Source of the DNA: an uncultured Thermoplasmata archaeon
GTDB taxonomy: Archaea; Thermoplasmatota; DTKX01; GCA-020343715
NCBI GenBank assembly: GCA_964353355.1
Contig: CAYGVT010000017.1
Span: 24,567 to 88,566, forward strand
DNA: 64,000 nucleotides
Direction of reading: 5' to 3'
Shown: piece by piece, positions 45,764 through 54,704 of the stretch
Layout: each line of letters opens with the position of its first letter
How positions within the stretch are numbered: the stretch's first letter is position 1
The notes under the pieces: model-generated
The model's database searches: none
Told to the model about the DNA's origin: nothing
The model's input: the letters and a program-made list of their open reading frames with translations, nothing else
Position numbers and translations under genes: made by a program

Positions 45764-46633
45764 GTGCAGCTCCTCGTGCTGGGCTCGGGACAGGACTGCG
45801 GCGTGCCGCACATCGGCTGCCGCTGCCGCAACTGCGAGGGCGCGAGGCGCGACCCTGCCCTGGCCCGCACGGGGCCGAGCGCCGCGCTCGTCGACGGGGC
45901 GGGGGGCATCGCATGGCTCATAGACGCCTCCCCCGACCTGCCGAGGCAGCTTTTGGCGCTGCAGGACGCCCTCGGAGCCCGCGTTGACGGGGCCGGCAGC
46001 AGCAGCCCCCGCTTCCCCGTGAAGGGCGTGCTGCTCACGCACGCCCACGTCGGGCACTACTGGGGGCTCGGGTACCTGGGCAGGGAGGGACTCATGGTGC
46101 GCGAGCTGCCGGTGTACGGCACCTCGCGGATGGTGGGGTTCCTGACGGCGAACAGGCCCTTCCGTGACCTTGTCGAGTGGGGCGTGCTCCGCCCCATCGT
46201 GGTCGCGCCGTCCGCGCCCGTGGAGCTCGCGCCCGGCCTCGTCGCGGTGCCTGAGCCGGTCCCCCACCGCGACGACCTCACCGACACGGTCGCCTGGGCC
46301 GTCGAGGGGCCGCGCGCGCGGGCGCTCTACATGCCCGACATCGACGAGCTCGACGGCCGGGCAGAGGGGCTCGTCGGGGCCGCGGACATCGCCCTCGTCG
46401 ACGGGACCTTCTACAGGGACGGCGAGCTCCCGCCCGACGGCCGGAAGGTGCCCCACCCGCCAGTGGAGGCGTCCCTCGGGCGCCTGGAGCGCGCGCGCAT
46501 CGGGGGCACGCGCGTCATCTACACGCACATCAACCACACGAATCCCCTGTGCGACCCCAGCTCGCCCGAGTCCGCGGAGGTGCGGCGGCGGGGCATGGGC
46601 GTGGCCCGGGACGGGATGGCGCTTCGGCTGTGA
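45764..46633 (+). CDS. PqqB-like metallo-beta-lactamase-fold protein
   Basis: GTG start. LLVLGSGQDCGVPHIGCRCRNC resembles the PqqB N-terminus (LGSAAGGGFPQWNCxCxNC), plus THAHVGHYWGL and TRVIYTHINHTNP. The upstream part of the 520-aa ORF overlaps eif6 in another frame and is rejected. Confidence 0.7.
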   Translation: MQLLVLGSGQDCGVPHIGCRCRNCEGARRDPALARTGPSAALVDGAGGIAWLIDASPDLPRQLLALQDALGARVDGAGSSSPRFPVKGVLLTHAHVGHYWGLGYLGREGLMVRELPVYGTSRMVGFLTANRPFRDLVEWGVLRPIVVAPSAPVELAPGLVAVPEPVPHRDDLTDTVAWAVEGPRARALYMPDIDELDGRAEGLVGAADIALVDGTFYRDGELPPDGRKVPHPPVEASLGRLERARIGGTRVIYTHINHTNPLCDPSSPESAEVRRRGMGVARDGMALRL

Positions 46634-46654
46634 GCGGGCCTTGCGGTCGCCGCA

Positions 46655-47356
46655 TCAGTGGGCGAAGACCCAGACGAGCAGATCATCCTCGAGGTCCGAC
46701 GCGGTGAACTCCACCTCGGACCCGACGCGCACGATGCAGTTCGGGTCCTCGATGACGCTCAGGAACGGCTGCAGGTTGTTGATGGAGAGCGAGAGCCCGC
46801 CGACGCGGTAGTGCATCGGCACCGCGACCTTGGGATGGACCGCCTTCACGACCCGCCAGGCCGCAGGCGCGTCGATGGTGAAGATTCCACCGATGGGGAC
46901 GAACAGCACGTCCACGGGGCCGATGTCGCGCAGCACGTCCTCGCCGAGCTCGTGCCCGAGGTCGCCCAGGTGGCAGAACCGCACGCCGCCGAGCTCGAAC
47001 ACGAACGCGGTGTTCCGGCCGCGGCTCTCGCCCCTGATGGCGTCGTGGAACGTGGGGACGGCCCTCGCGGAGAAGCGGCCGTCGGGCGTCCTGCCCGACT
47101 CGCGGAGCACGACGGTCGAGCCGGGCTTCTCGACGACGCGCGAGGCCGCGTGGTCGAAGTGGTCGTGCGACACGAGCACGACGTCCGCCCGCACCTTGGG
47201 CGCCGGGATGCCGAGGCTCTTGCCGTCGTGCGGGTCCGTGACGACGACGAGGTCATCGGTGGTCACCTCGAAGCACGAGTGGCCGTGCCATCTCAGGTGC
47301 AACGTATCCAACGTCTCCCTCCCAGGGGGAACCGAGGGATGGGCATGCCCGTTCAA
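46655..47356 (-). CDS. MBL-fold metal-dependent hydrolase (COG2220-like)
   Basis: LHLRWHGHSCFEV, DVVLVSHDHFDHA, FCHLGDLGH. Confidence 0.75.
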   Translation of the reverse strand: MNGHAHPSVPPGRETLDTLHLRWHGHSCFEVTTDDLVVVTDPHDGKSLGIPAPKVRADVVLVSHDHFDHAASRVVEKPGSTVVLRESGRTPDGRFSARAVPTFHDAIRGESRGRNTAFVFELGGVRFCHLGDLGHELGEDVLRDIGPVDVLFVPIGGIFTIDAPAAWRVVKAVHPKVAVPMHYRVGGLSLSINNLQPFLSVIEDPNCIVRVGSEVEFTASDLEDDLLVWVFAH

Positions 47357-47602
47357 AAGGATTTTGATTGAGCGATTGCGACGGGAGGGCGCGCCGACGA
47401 GCGCGGCGCGAGGTCGACGCGGTCCCCGTGGCGCGCCCCGGCGCGCGACGGCGCCGCGGCGCGACCCGGAATCGCCTCGACGGGAAACGGGGGTTTTATC
47501 GAGATATCGGCCGCGCGCGATTTAAGTTCGGGACGATAATGAAATGTATGGCCCAGAAAACGAATTTTTCTCACGTTCTCGTACGCAGGCCCGCGTGGGG
47601 AC

Positions 47603-47615
47603 ATTTTTAAATATC
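47603..47615 (+). promoter_or_regulatory. archaeal TATA box (CATTTTTAAATAT) for pdaD; likely leaderless transcript
   Basis: About 25 nt upstream of ATG 47637 in an AT-rich patch. Confidence 0.55.
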
Positions 47616-47636
47616 GAGAACTATTATTCTCCCTCC

Positions 47637-48119
47637 ATGGAGCAGTTCGTAGTTCCGAAAAATTTCTTCGTCACCGCGGGCGTCGCGCAGGACGGAGCTT
47701 CCGAGCTCAACGCCTTCGACATCGCCCTCAAGGACGCGGGCATCACCCAGTGCAACCTAGTCAATGTCTCATCCATCCTGCCAGCGGAATGCGCGGAGAT
47801 CCCTCCGCTCACCATCCCTGCCGGCGCCATCACCTACTGCGTGATGGCGAAGATGGCCGGCACCTCGGGCGAGCACATCGGGTGCGGCATCGGCTGGGCC
47901 TGGGGCACGACCCCGGAGGGCGGCAAGTACGGCATCGTCGCCGAGCACCACGGCTACTGCGACGAGGAGTACACGGTGAAGAAGCTGCTCATCAAGATGA
48001 AGCGGATGGCAGAGGTCCGGAAGCTCACGCTCACCGAGACCAAGACCTGCATCCGCTCGCTCGAGGTCAAGGAGAGCAAGTACGGGTGCGTCGTTACCGC
48101 GCTGGTCTACACGAACTGA
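47637..48119 (+). CDS. pdaD: pyruvoyl-dependent arginine decarboxylase
   Basis: VPKNFFVTAGVAQDGASELNAFDIALKDAGITQCNLVNVSSILP is the PdaD signature, including the serinolysis-site context VSSILP. Confidence 0.85.
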   Translation: MEQFVVPKNFFVTAGVAQDGASELNAFDIALKDAGITQCNLVNVSSILPAECAEIPPLTIPAGAITYCVMAKMAGTSGEHIGCGIGWAWGTTPEGGKYGIVAEHHGYCDEEYTVKKLLIKMKRMAEVRKLTLTETKTCIRSLEVKESKYGCVVTALVYTN

Positions 48120-48163
48120 CCCATCGCCCCTGACCCCGGGCCCCTGAGCGCATCGCCAACGAG

Positions 48164-50152
48164 CTAGCCCGGGCCATCCCCGCGCGGCGGAGGCCCGAAG
48201 AACCGCGTCGCGTCAAGCGCGACGTCCTGCGACGGCAGGAGCTCGGGCACGATGTCGCGGAACTGGGCCGCGCGCGAGTCGAGCACGACCCCCACGCCAC
48301 GGTCGGTCGGGGTGCGTATGAGCCGGCCGAGCGACTGCATGAGCTTCCGGGTGGTCGGGGCCTTCACGGCGTACTCCCAGCCCTTGCCGAACCTCACCTC
48401 GTAGTAGTGGCGCATCGCCTTCTGGCGAGCGGTGGGCTTGGGGTAGGGGATGCCCACGACGACCGCGAGCTCGAGCGCCTCCCCCGGGAAGTCGAGCCCC
48501 TCCGACACGCGCCCGCCCACGACCGCGAGGAGGCAGCTGCCCTCGCCCTTGGGCGTGCGGAAGTCGTCGAGCATGCCCTCGAGGTCGGCCGTGGGCATGC
48601 CGCGCTCCTCGTCGTAGATGCGATGGCCCAGCCTGCCCGCGACACCGTCGCGGATGAACCGAGTCTTGAGGGCGAAGCTCGGGAAGAACACGACCGTGTT
48701 CCTCCCCACCGCGTTCGCGACCGCGACCGTGCGGTCCTCTATGCGGCCCACGAGGCCGGGGTCGCGCTGCACGTCCTCGAACCGCGTCGTGAGGTCCTGG
48801 GCGAACATGAGCGCGCGGTTGCCGGGGGGGAACGGCGAGGGCAGCGCGAGCTGGCGCGTCGCCTCCGGCAGCCCGATCGACGACACGTACTCGTCGAGCG
48901 GGCGCAGCGTGCCCGACATGTGCACGCTCGCGGCCACCTCGTGCAGCACTGAGCACGCGCGCGCGGGGTCCATGCAGTATCCCTCGAGCCAAGCCTCGCG
49001 CGGCTCGCCCTGCCTCTGGGGCGGCGGGCTCGCGACGAGCTTGACGTACTCCTCCGCGTCGAGCTCCATGAAGGCCGCGACGAAGTCGCCGGCGTGGAGC
49101 AGGTAGCTGCGGCCGAGGCGGCCGAGCTTGCGCCTCTGCTCCTTGACTATCTCCCCGAGTGTCACGCAGTTGCGCGCCGCGAGCTGGACCTTCGTGGAGG
49201 TGAGGTGGAACCGGCCCATGAGCTCGGAGGAGAACGCGTCGGGCGGGATGAGCCCGTCCTCGTCCACGACGTACTCGTCCGAGAGGTCCTGCAGGATGGT
49301 CTCGAGCCCCTTGAGCAGCTCGTCGAGCGGGAGGCCGTCGACGACCTCGGGGTCCTTGAGCTCCACGGCGCACTCCTTGCGCGCCCGCTTGAGCGTCTCC
49401 ACCGTGAGCGCCAGCGACGCGAGCTCGCGCGCGTAGTCGGGCAGGTTGTGCGCCTCGTCGACGATGACGACGAGGTCGCGCTCGTGGCATCCCATCCAGT
49501 CGAGCAGCATCCGGCGCGCGAAGGGGCTGAACAGGTAGATGTAGGGCGCCGTGACGACCTTGGCCTCCTTGAGCAGCTCCTTGGCCACCTCGTGCGCGCA
49601 GATGCCGCGCTCGCGGCAGTGGGCGATGAGCTCGGGCGCGGTGGGGAGCGCCTCGTGGGCCCACGCGACCGTGCGGGGCAGCTCCCACTCGAGCAGCCGC
49701 GCGTAGTGGGGGCAGGCGAGGGGGTCCTCCGCGCCCGCGTCGCGCGTGCGCGCCTTGCGGTCGGCGCACAGGCGCGAGAGCTCCTCCGAGGTGGCCGAGG
49801 CCAAGTCGGGGTCGCCCATCGCGAGGAAGCACATGTTGGCGCGGCCCTGGATGCCCGCGCCGAAGGTGCCGGGGCGGCGCCGCGCGAGCTGCCGCAGCTC
49901 GAGCATCACCTGCCGCTGCTGCGCGTTGGTGCGCGTGAGGTAGAGCACGCGCAGAGCGTCGTCGCCGAGGGTGGCCGCGAGCGCGCCCGCGAGCGCGCAG
50001 ACGGTCTTGCCGGTACCCGTGGGCGACTCGACCACCAGGTGGCCCCGTTCGACGGCCGCGTCGCGGACGGCGTCGGCAAGCTCGAGCTGGTGGGGCCTGG
50101 GCTCGTAGGGGAAGAGCTCCCCCGCCGCCAAGGGGGGCGTCGGCTCGCTCAC
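48164..50152 (-). CDS. Rad3/XPD-family ATP-dependent DNA helicase (FeS-cluster helicase)
   Basis: Walker A SPTGTGKT, DEAH box VIVDEAHNL, Cys cluster (NMCF...RLCAD...LACPHY...IAHC) for the 4Fe-4S domain, C-terminal helicase motifs (VVFFPSF, GRLIRTPTDRGVGVVLD). Confidence 0.85.
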   Translation of the reverse strand: MSEPTPPLAAGELFPYEPRPHQLELADAVRDAAVERGHLVVESPTGTGKTVCALAGALAATLGDDALRVLYLTRTNAQQRQVMLELRQLARRRPGTFGAGIQGRANMCFLAMGDPDLASATSEELSRLCADRKARTRDAGAEDPLACPHYARLLEWELPRTVAWAHEALPTAPELIAHCRERGICAHEVAKELLKEAKVVTAPYIYLFSPFARRMLLDWMGCHERDLVVIVDEAHNLPDYARELASLALTVETLKRARKECAVELKDPEVVDGLPLDELLKGLETILQDLSDEYVVDEDGLIPPDAFSSELMGRFHLTSTKVQLAARNCVTLGEIVKEQRRKLGRLGRSYLLHAGDFVAAFMELDAEEYVKLVASPPPQRQGEPREAWLEGYCMDPARACSVLHEVAASVHMSGTLRPLDEYVSSIGLPEATRQLALPSPFPPGNRALMFAQDLTTRFEDVQRDPGLVGRIEDRTVAVANAVGRNTVVFFPSFALKTRFIRDGVAGRLGHRIYDEERGMPTADLEGMLDDFRTPKGEGSCLLAVVGGRVSEGLDFPGEALELAVVVGIPYPKPTARQKAMRHYYEVRFGKGWEYAVKAPTTRKLMQSLGRLIRTPTDRGVGVVLDSRAAQFRDIVPELLPSQDVALDATRFFGPPPRGDGPG

Positions 50153-50234
50153 GTGGGGGCGGAGCGCGCGCCCCCCCCAATAGGGTTCGCCCTGGGGGTG
50201 AGCGAAAGTGGGAACGCGGGCCGCGCACGGCGGC

Positions 50235-50720
50235 TCAGCGGTTGGACCAGAGGTCCTCGGGGATCTCGTCGTAGACCGACGAGAGCTCCTCGTCGGTGCA
50301 GCGCTCGAGCTCGCACTCCTTGACGAGCTCGTCGATGCGGTCCTTGCGGAACAGCCAGTAGTGGATGCGCCACTCGCGGCCGTCGTAGAGGGTGGTCTCC
50401 TCGCGCTCGGTGACGAGCAGCCCGAGGTCCTCGAGCATGTAGAACGCGTCGCGGTCCTCCGGCTCGAGGATGTTGTCGATGATGGTGTCGTTGTAGCCGA
50501 AGAAGTTCATCACGTGGGTGGCCATCTGCTTGGCCGCCTCCGGCTTCAGGTCCTGCCGGTCGATGGACTTCATGATTGCCTTCGATAGCTGGTCAATCGT
50601 GAGGACGTTCGCGTCCTCCGGCTTGACAGCGATTCCAACCATGCGCACATACTCCAGTAGGGGCTCGGGCCCCTGTCGGTACGGAATAGAGAAGGGAAGC
50701 CCTATATAAACATGTCGCAT
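50235..50720 (-). CDS. hypothetical acidic protein
   Basis: 161-aa ORF, GC3-rich, no recognisable motif. Confidence 0.5.
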   Translation of the reverse strand: MRHVYIGLPFSIPYRQGPEPLLEYVRMVGIAVKPEDANVLTIDQLSKAIMKSIDRQDLKPEAAKQMATHVMNFFGYNDTIIDNILEPEDRDAFYMLEDLGLLVTEREETTLYDGREWRIHYWLFRKDRIDELVKECELERCTDEELSSVYDEIPEDLWSNR

Positions 50721-50948
50721 GACCCTTTCGTCGAGGCTAAACCCCGCGCGCGACCCTGGTCTCCCTTCTGGCAGACGGCGAACGCCGACGCGCCACCGAG
50801 CCAGGCTCCGGGGGCACCCCTACACGGCATGTCATGGTGCGGCACGACCTCCGGTACCCGTGGCCGCGACCACCCACATGCGCCCGCGCGCGCGGGCGCG
50901 CGCGCGGGGAAGGTTCATATACCGCCCTTTCCCTCGGGGGCGCGGGGG

Positions 50949-52310
50949 GTAACTGCCGCGTACATCGGCTTGGACGACACGGACTCGCTCAAGGGCGGGT
51001 GCACGACCCACGCGGCCTTCCAGCTGGCCCTCGAGCTCCGCCGCAGGCTCGGGCTCGCCCTCATCGAGCACCCCCGACTCGTGCGCCTCAACCCGACCAA
51101 TCCCTGGAAGACGCGCGGCAACGCCGCGCTCGCGCTGCGAGTCGGGCGCCCCATGGGGGTGCCCAAGTCAATCGGCGCGTGGCGCGGCTCGCGCATCGAG
51201 ATGTACCCCAAGGGCGAGGACGTGCCCCCGAGCGAGGAGGCGCTCGACCTGGCCTGGTCCGTCGTCGGTGCGCTCACATGGCCCGAGGGCGACCGCACCA
51301 ACCCAGGCATCGTCGTCATGGACCGGCCGGGCCCTGAGGCTTGGTACCGCGAGGCGCTCCACACGCTTCTGGAGGTGGCGCCCGTCGAGGCGCGCCTGAG
51401 GGAGGCTCGCGCGCTCGTGCGCGGCGCCGGGAGCCGGCGTGGCATCATCGGCGCATCGGCGGCCATCGCGTGGCCGTGCGAGCCGCACACCTGGGAGCTG
51501 CTCGCCTACCGCCCCAAGTCGAGGTGGGGCACCTCGCGCGAGGTCGACCCCGCGTCGGTGCTGGAGATGCAGCGCGCCTTCCCGAGCACCTTCGACAGCT
51601 ACGACGAGGAGAACGGGGAACCGACGATGGTCCCGTCGAGCCCCTGCCCGATCCTCTTCGGCATCCGCGGCATCGAGCCCCGGGACCTGCCGCGCGCGAT
51701 GACCAAGGTCCGGTCCGAGCCGGCCGAGGGCTGGGCCGTGTTCCGCACCAACCAGGGCACGGACGACCACATTGTCCCCAAGCCCCTGGGCGAGGCGCGC
51801 GCGCACGAGAGCGTGGCCGTCGTGGGCGTGGTCGCGGTCCAGCCCCGCACCATCAGGGGCGGGCATGTGCTGCTCGCGCTCGAGGACGGCGATGCGCGGC
51901 TCGACGTCGCGGCCTACGAGCCCACGAAGCGGTTCCGCGCCACCGTGCGCGCGCTGCGCCCCGGCGACCGCGTGGTCGCGTGCGGCAGCGTGCGCGACTC
52001 GCCCCCGACCGTCAACCTGGAGATGCTCCGTGTGCTGTCGATGGGCTCGGCCTCCGAGCACGTGAAGGTCGGCAACCCCAAGTGCCCCGAGTGCGGCAAG
52101 GCGATGAAGTCCGCGGGCAAGGGCGCGGGCTTCAGGTGCGCGCGGTGCGGCACGAAGGCGTCCGCGAGGGCGGGGATGTACGAGGACAGGCCGCGCGCCT
52201 TGGCACCGGGCTGGTACGAGGTCCCCACGGACGCGCGGCGGCACCTGGCACGTCCCCTCAGGCTTGGCGTGCGGCCCGAGCTGGACGAGTGGGCGCTCAG
52301 GCAGGCGTGA
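50949..52310 (+). CDS. tiaS: tRNA(Ile2) 2-agmatinylcytidine synthetase TiaS
   Basis: YIGLDDTDSLKGGCTTHAAF matches the TiaS N-terminus (IGIDDTDS..GMCTTY). C-terminal zinc ribbon CPECGKAMKSAGKGAGFRCARCG. Start codon unresolved: no ATG/GTG near 50949 (in-frame TTG at 50970, ATG at 50829 inside a GC-rich spacer). Confidence 0.75.
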   Translation, partial: VTAAYIGLDDTDSLKGGCTTHAAFQLALELRRRLGLALIEHPRLVRLNPTNPWKTRGNAALALRVGRPMGVPKSIGAWRGSRIEMYPKGEDVPPSEEALDLAWSVVGALTWPEGDRTNPGIVVMDRPGPEAWYREALHTLLEVAPVEARLREARALVRGAGSRRGIIGASAAIAWPCEPHTWELLAYRPKSRWGTSREVDPASVLEMQRAFPSTFDSYDEENGEPTMVPSSPCPILFGIRGIEPRDLPRAMTKVRSEPAEGWAVFRTNQGTDDHIVPKPLGEARAHESVAVVGVVAVQPRTIRGGHVLLALEDGDARLDVAAYEPTKRFRATVRALRPGDRVVACGSVRDSPPTVNLEMLRVLSMGSASEHVKVGNPKCPECGKAMKSAGKGAGFRCARCGTKASARAGMYEDRPRALAPGWYEVPTDARRHLARPLRLGVRPELDEWALRQA

Positions 52311-52346
52311 AATCCGCGGCCGGGCGGGGCGGCCGGGGGCCGCGCC

Positions 52347-53210
52347 CTACGCCACGTTGAGGCCCAGGGCGAGCAGGAGCAGCGCGGCGCCGACGACGAT
52401 GTTGAGGGCCGCGAAGGAGGTCTGGCCGGCCGGGGGCCCGTCCCCGATGGCCCTGATGATGGCGCGCTCCACGTCGCTGTCGAACCGCTGCACTCCCGCC
52501 CTGCGGAACCTAACGACCGCGAAGCGGAGCGGCCTGTAGTACACGACCTGGACGATGCCCTCGATGCCAGGCACGCTGAACATGGACACACGGCGGGCGC
52601 CGTCGCCGCCCGCATCGAACGTGAAGGACAGCTTCCGGGCGCTAAGGGTCTCCCTGATGGCGTCGAGCAGGCCGTAGCGCTCCACGTTGACCACCTGCAG
52701 GTCACCGAGCAGGAATTCCCACGAGATGACGAACGCGAGCCAGACGCTGATCCCCAGGGCTATGATCGGTCCGGGCAGCCCGCCCACACCTCCCTGGAAG
52801 AGGTCGGGGCCGAGGAGGAGCACTAGGAACACAATCGAGAATGGGATGAGGTAGTATGTCGAGCGCAACGCGACGGGCCTCGGGCTGAACACGATGGCGC
52901 CGAGGACCACGAAGGTAAGGCCCGCGACGAGCAACGACCCCACGGCCGCGTCCAAGAGCGTTCGCCCCCTGGCGAGCCGTATATAGTGTACGTCCAGTGG
53001 TAAAAACCTTTCGATGGATTCCCGGTCTGGCCGGGTCGTGCGGGGCGTGCAGGGCCGTGCGAGAGGGTTATTAACCGGTGCCCCATTCACCCCCCCGGGT
53101 GCGTCAAATGAAGGCCCTCGTGGTGTACTACTCCCGAACGGGCAGGACAAAGCGCGTGGCCGAGGAGCTCTCCCGGAAGCTCGGCTGCGACATCGAGGCC
53201 ATCGTCCCAA
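52347..53210 (-). CDS. hypothetical integral membrane protein (true start probably internal; N-terminal ~80 aa Arg/Pro-rich and unlikely translated)
   Basis: C-terminal two-thirds contain 4-5 hydrophobic helices (LLVAGLTFVVLGAIVF, LIPFSIVFLVLLLG, IIALGISVWLAFVISW, LNIVVGAALLLLALGL). Confidence 0.45.
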   Translation of the reverse strand: MGRWPRCRSRASGRAPRPRALSCPFGSSTPRGPSFDAPGGVNGAPVNNPLARPCTPRTTRPDRESIERFLPLDVHYIRLARGRTLLDAAVGSLLVAGLTFVVLGAIVFSPRPVALRSTYYLIPFSIVFLVLLLGPDLFQGGVGGLPGPIIALGISVWLAFVISWEFLLGDLQVVNVERYGLLDAIRETLSARKLSFTFDAGGDGARRVSMFSVPGIEGIVQVVYYRPLRFAVVRFRRAGVQRFDSDVERAIIRAIGDGPPAGQTSFAALNIVVGAALLLLALGLNVA

Positions 53211-53587
53211 AGGACAGCTACCGGTACGTCACGGGATGGCTCAAGGCGGGCCGGAACGCCATGAAGGGGAGCACGGTCGAGCTCGAGCCCGTCAGGAGCG
53301 ACCTGGACAGCTACGATGTGGTCGTCGTCGGGACGCCTATCTGGGGAAGCACCATGTCCGTTCCCGTCAGGTCCTTCATCGCGAAGGAGGGCCGCGGCAT
53401 GAGGAGGGCCGCTTTCTTCATCACCTCCGGGGGCGAGAAGCGGGACGCGGCCTTCAAGGCCATGGAGGATGCGTACGGCCGGCCGCCGCTGGCCAGGCTC
53501 GGCCTCCGGTCGCGCGAGGTGGGAAAGGGCGAATCCACGGCTAGGGTCGACGCGTTCGTCGAGGAGATCAGGAAGGCCGTGGCATAG
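53108..53587 (+). CDS. flavodoxin-family protein
   Basis: MKALVVYYSRTGRTKRVAEEL and YDVVVVGTPIWGSTMS (FMN-binding loops). Confidence 0.8.
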   Translation: MKALVVYYSRTGRTKRVAEELSRKLGCDIEAIVPKDSYRYVTGWLKAGRNAMKGSTVELEPVRSDLDSYDVVVVGTPIWGSTMSVPVRSFIAKEGRGMRRAAFFITSGGEKRDAAFKAMEDAYGRPPLARLGLRSREVGKGESTARVDAFVEEIRKAVA

Positions 53588-53638
53588 CACGCCTGGCGAC
53601 GCAAACCCTTTTTGCGAGCGGCCACTGTAGGGGAGAGG

Positions 53639-54592
53639 ATGGAGTCCCCCGACGTCCTGCAGGCAGCGGGCCGAGGCGGCTCGTTGCGCGATTGGCTCGC
53701 CGAGCTCCGGGCCCCGTTCCTATCGGCCTCGGTCGTGCCCGTCGCGGTGGGCGCCGCGGTCGCGTGGTGGCAGCTCCGCTCCCTGGACTGGGCGCTGCTG
53801 GCCCTGACGCTTCTCGGGGTTGCGCTCCTGCACCTCGGCGCCAACGTCACCAACGACTACTGGGACTTCCTGAGGGGCACGGACGTCATCAACCGCTCCC
53901 GCACGCCGTTCTCGGGCGGCTCGGGCCTGCTCACCGAGGGGCGGTTGCGCCCGCGCGCTGTGCTGAGGGCGGGCCTCGCCCTCCTCTGTGCCGGGGCGGC
54001 CGTCGGGCTCTACCTCGCGTCGACCGCTGGCGGGCTGTGGTGGGCCGTGGTGCTCATGGGCGCCGTGGGCGTGGGCGGGGGATACTTCTACACCGCGCCG
54101 CCGCTCTCGCTCTCGGCGCGCGGCGTGGGCGAGCTGGTCATAGGGGCGGCGTTCGGCGTGCTCGCCGTCACGGGCACCTACCTCGTGCAGGCGCACGCCG
54201 TCACGACGGCCGCGCTCGCGGCCTCGGTGCCCGTCTCGCTGTGGGTGGTGGCCGTCATCTGGGCCAACCAGGTGCCCGACGCGGAGGCGGACGGCCGCAC
54301 GGGCAAGCGCACGCTCGTCGTCAGGCTGGGGGCGCCCAGGTCCATAGCGGTGCTCGCGGTCCTGCTCGGGCTCGCCCCGGGCGTGGTCGCGGCCGCGGCC
54401 CTCGCGGGCGTCCTCCCCGGCATGGTCCTGCTCGCGCTGCCCGTCGCCCTCCCGACCGCGGCCGCGGTGGCGGTGGCGGCCCGCAGTCGCGGCGTCGTGC
54501 CCGGCTACGTGGGCGCGCAGGCCTGGACGGTCCTCACGCACATCGTGGGCGGCGCGCTGCTCGTCGCGGGGCTGGTGCTGGCGGGCGCGTAG
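53639..54592 (+). CDS. UbiA-family prenyltransferase, MenA-like (1,4-dihydroxy-2-naphthoate polyprenyltransferase-like)
   Basis: NDYWDFLRGTD matches the MenA-type NDxxDxxxGxD motif. 8-9 TM helices. GGGAGAGG 5 nt upstream of ATG 53639 (alternative TTG at 53612). Confidence 0.75.
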   Translation: MESPDVLQAAGRGGSLRDWLAELRAPFLSASVVPVAVGAAVAWWQLRSLDWALLALTLLGVALLHLGANVTNDYWDFLRGTDVINRSRTPFSGGSGLLTEGRLRPRAVLRAGLALLCAGAAVGLYLASTAGGLWWAVVLMGAVGVGGGYFYTAPPLSLSARGVGELVIGAAFGVLAVTGTYLVQAHAVTTAALAASVPVSLWVVAVIWANQVPDAEADGRTGKRTLVVRLGAPRSIAVLAVLLGLAPGVVAAAALAGVLPGMVLLALPVALPTAAAVAVAARSRGVVPGYVGAQAWTVLTHIVGGALLVAGLVLAGA

Positions 54593-54704
54593 GGATGGCC
54601 GCCGTAAGCGGGCCCCAGTGCCCTGGTCCCGTCGCTGGCCCCCGCCCCATCATCCCCGACCATCCCCCAAACCTCAAATACGGCGAGGCCCCCTTGCCGC
54701 GAGC

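Noticed and set aside
48213-50228. 671-aa minus-strand ORF
   Set aside because: Alternative frame of the XPD-like helicase gene region with Arg/Pro/Ala-rich translation. Frame 48164-50152 carries Walker A, DEAH and FeS-cluster motifs
50870-50940. GC-rich (GCGCGCGGGCGCGCGCGCGGGG) tract upstream of tiaS as a coding N-terminal extension
   Set aside because: Translation is Arg/Ala/Pro low complexity and lies between divergent genes; more likely non-coding spacer, which leaves the tiaS start unresolved
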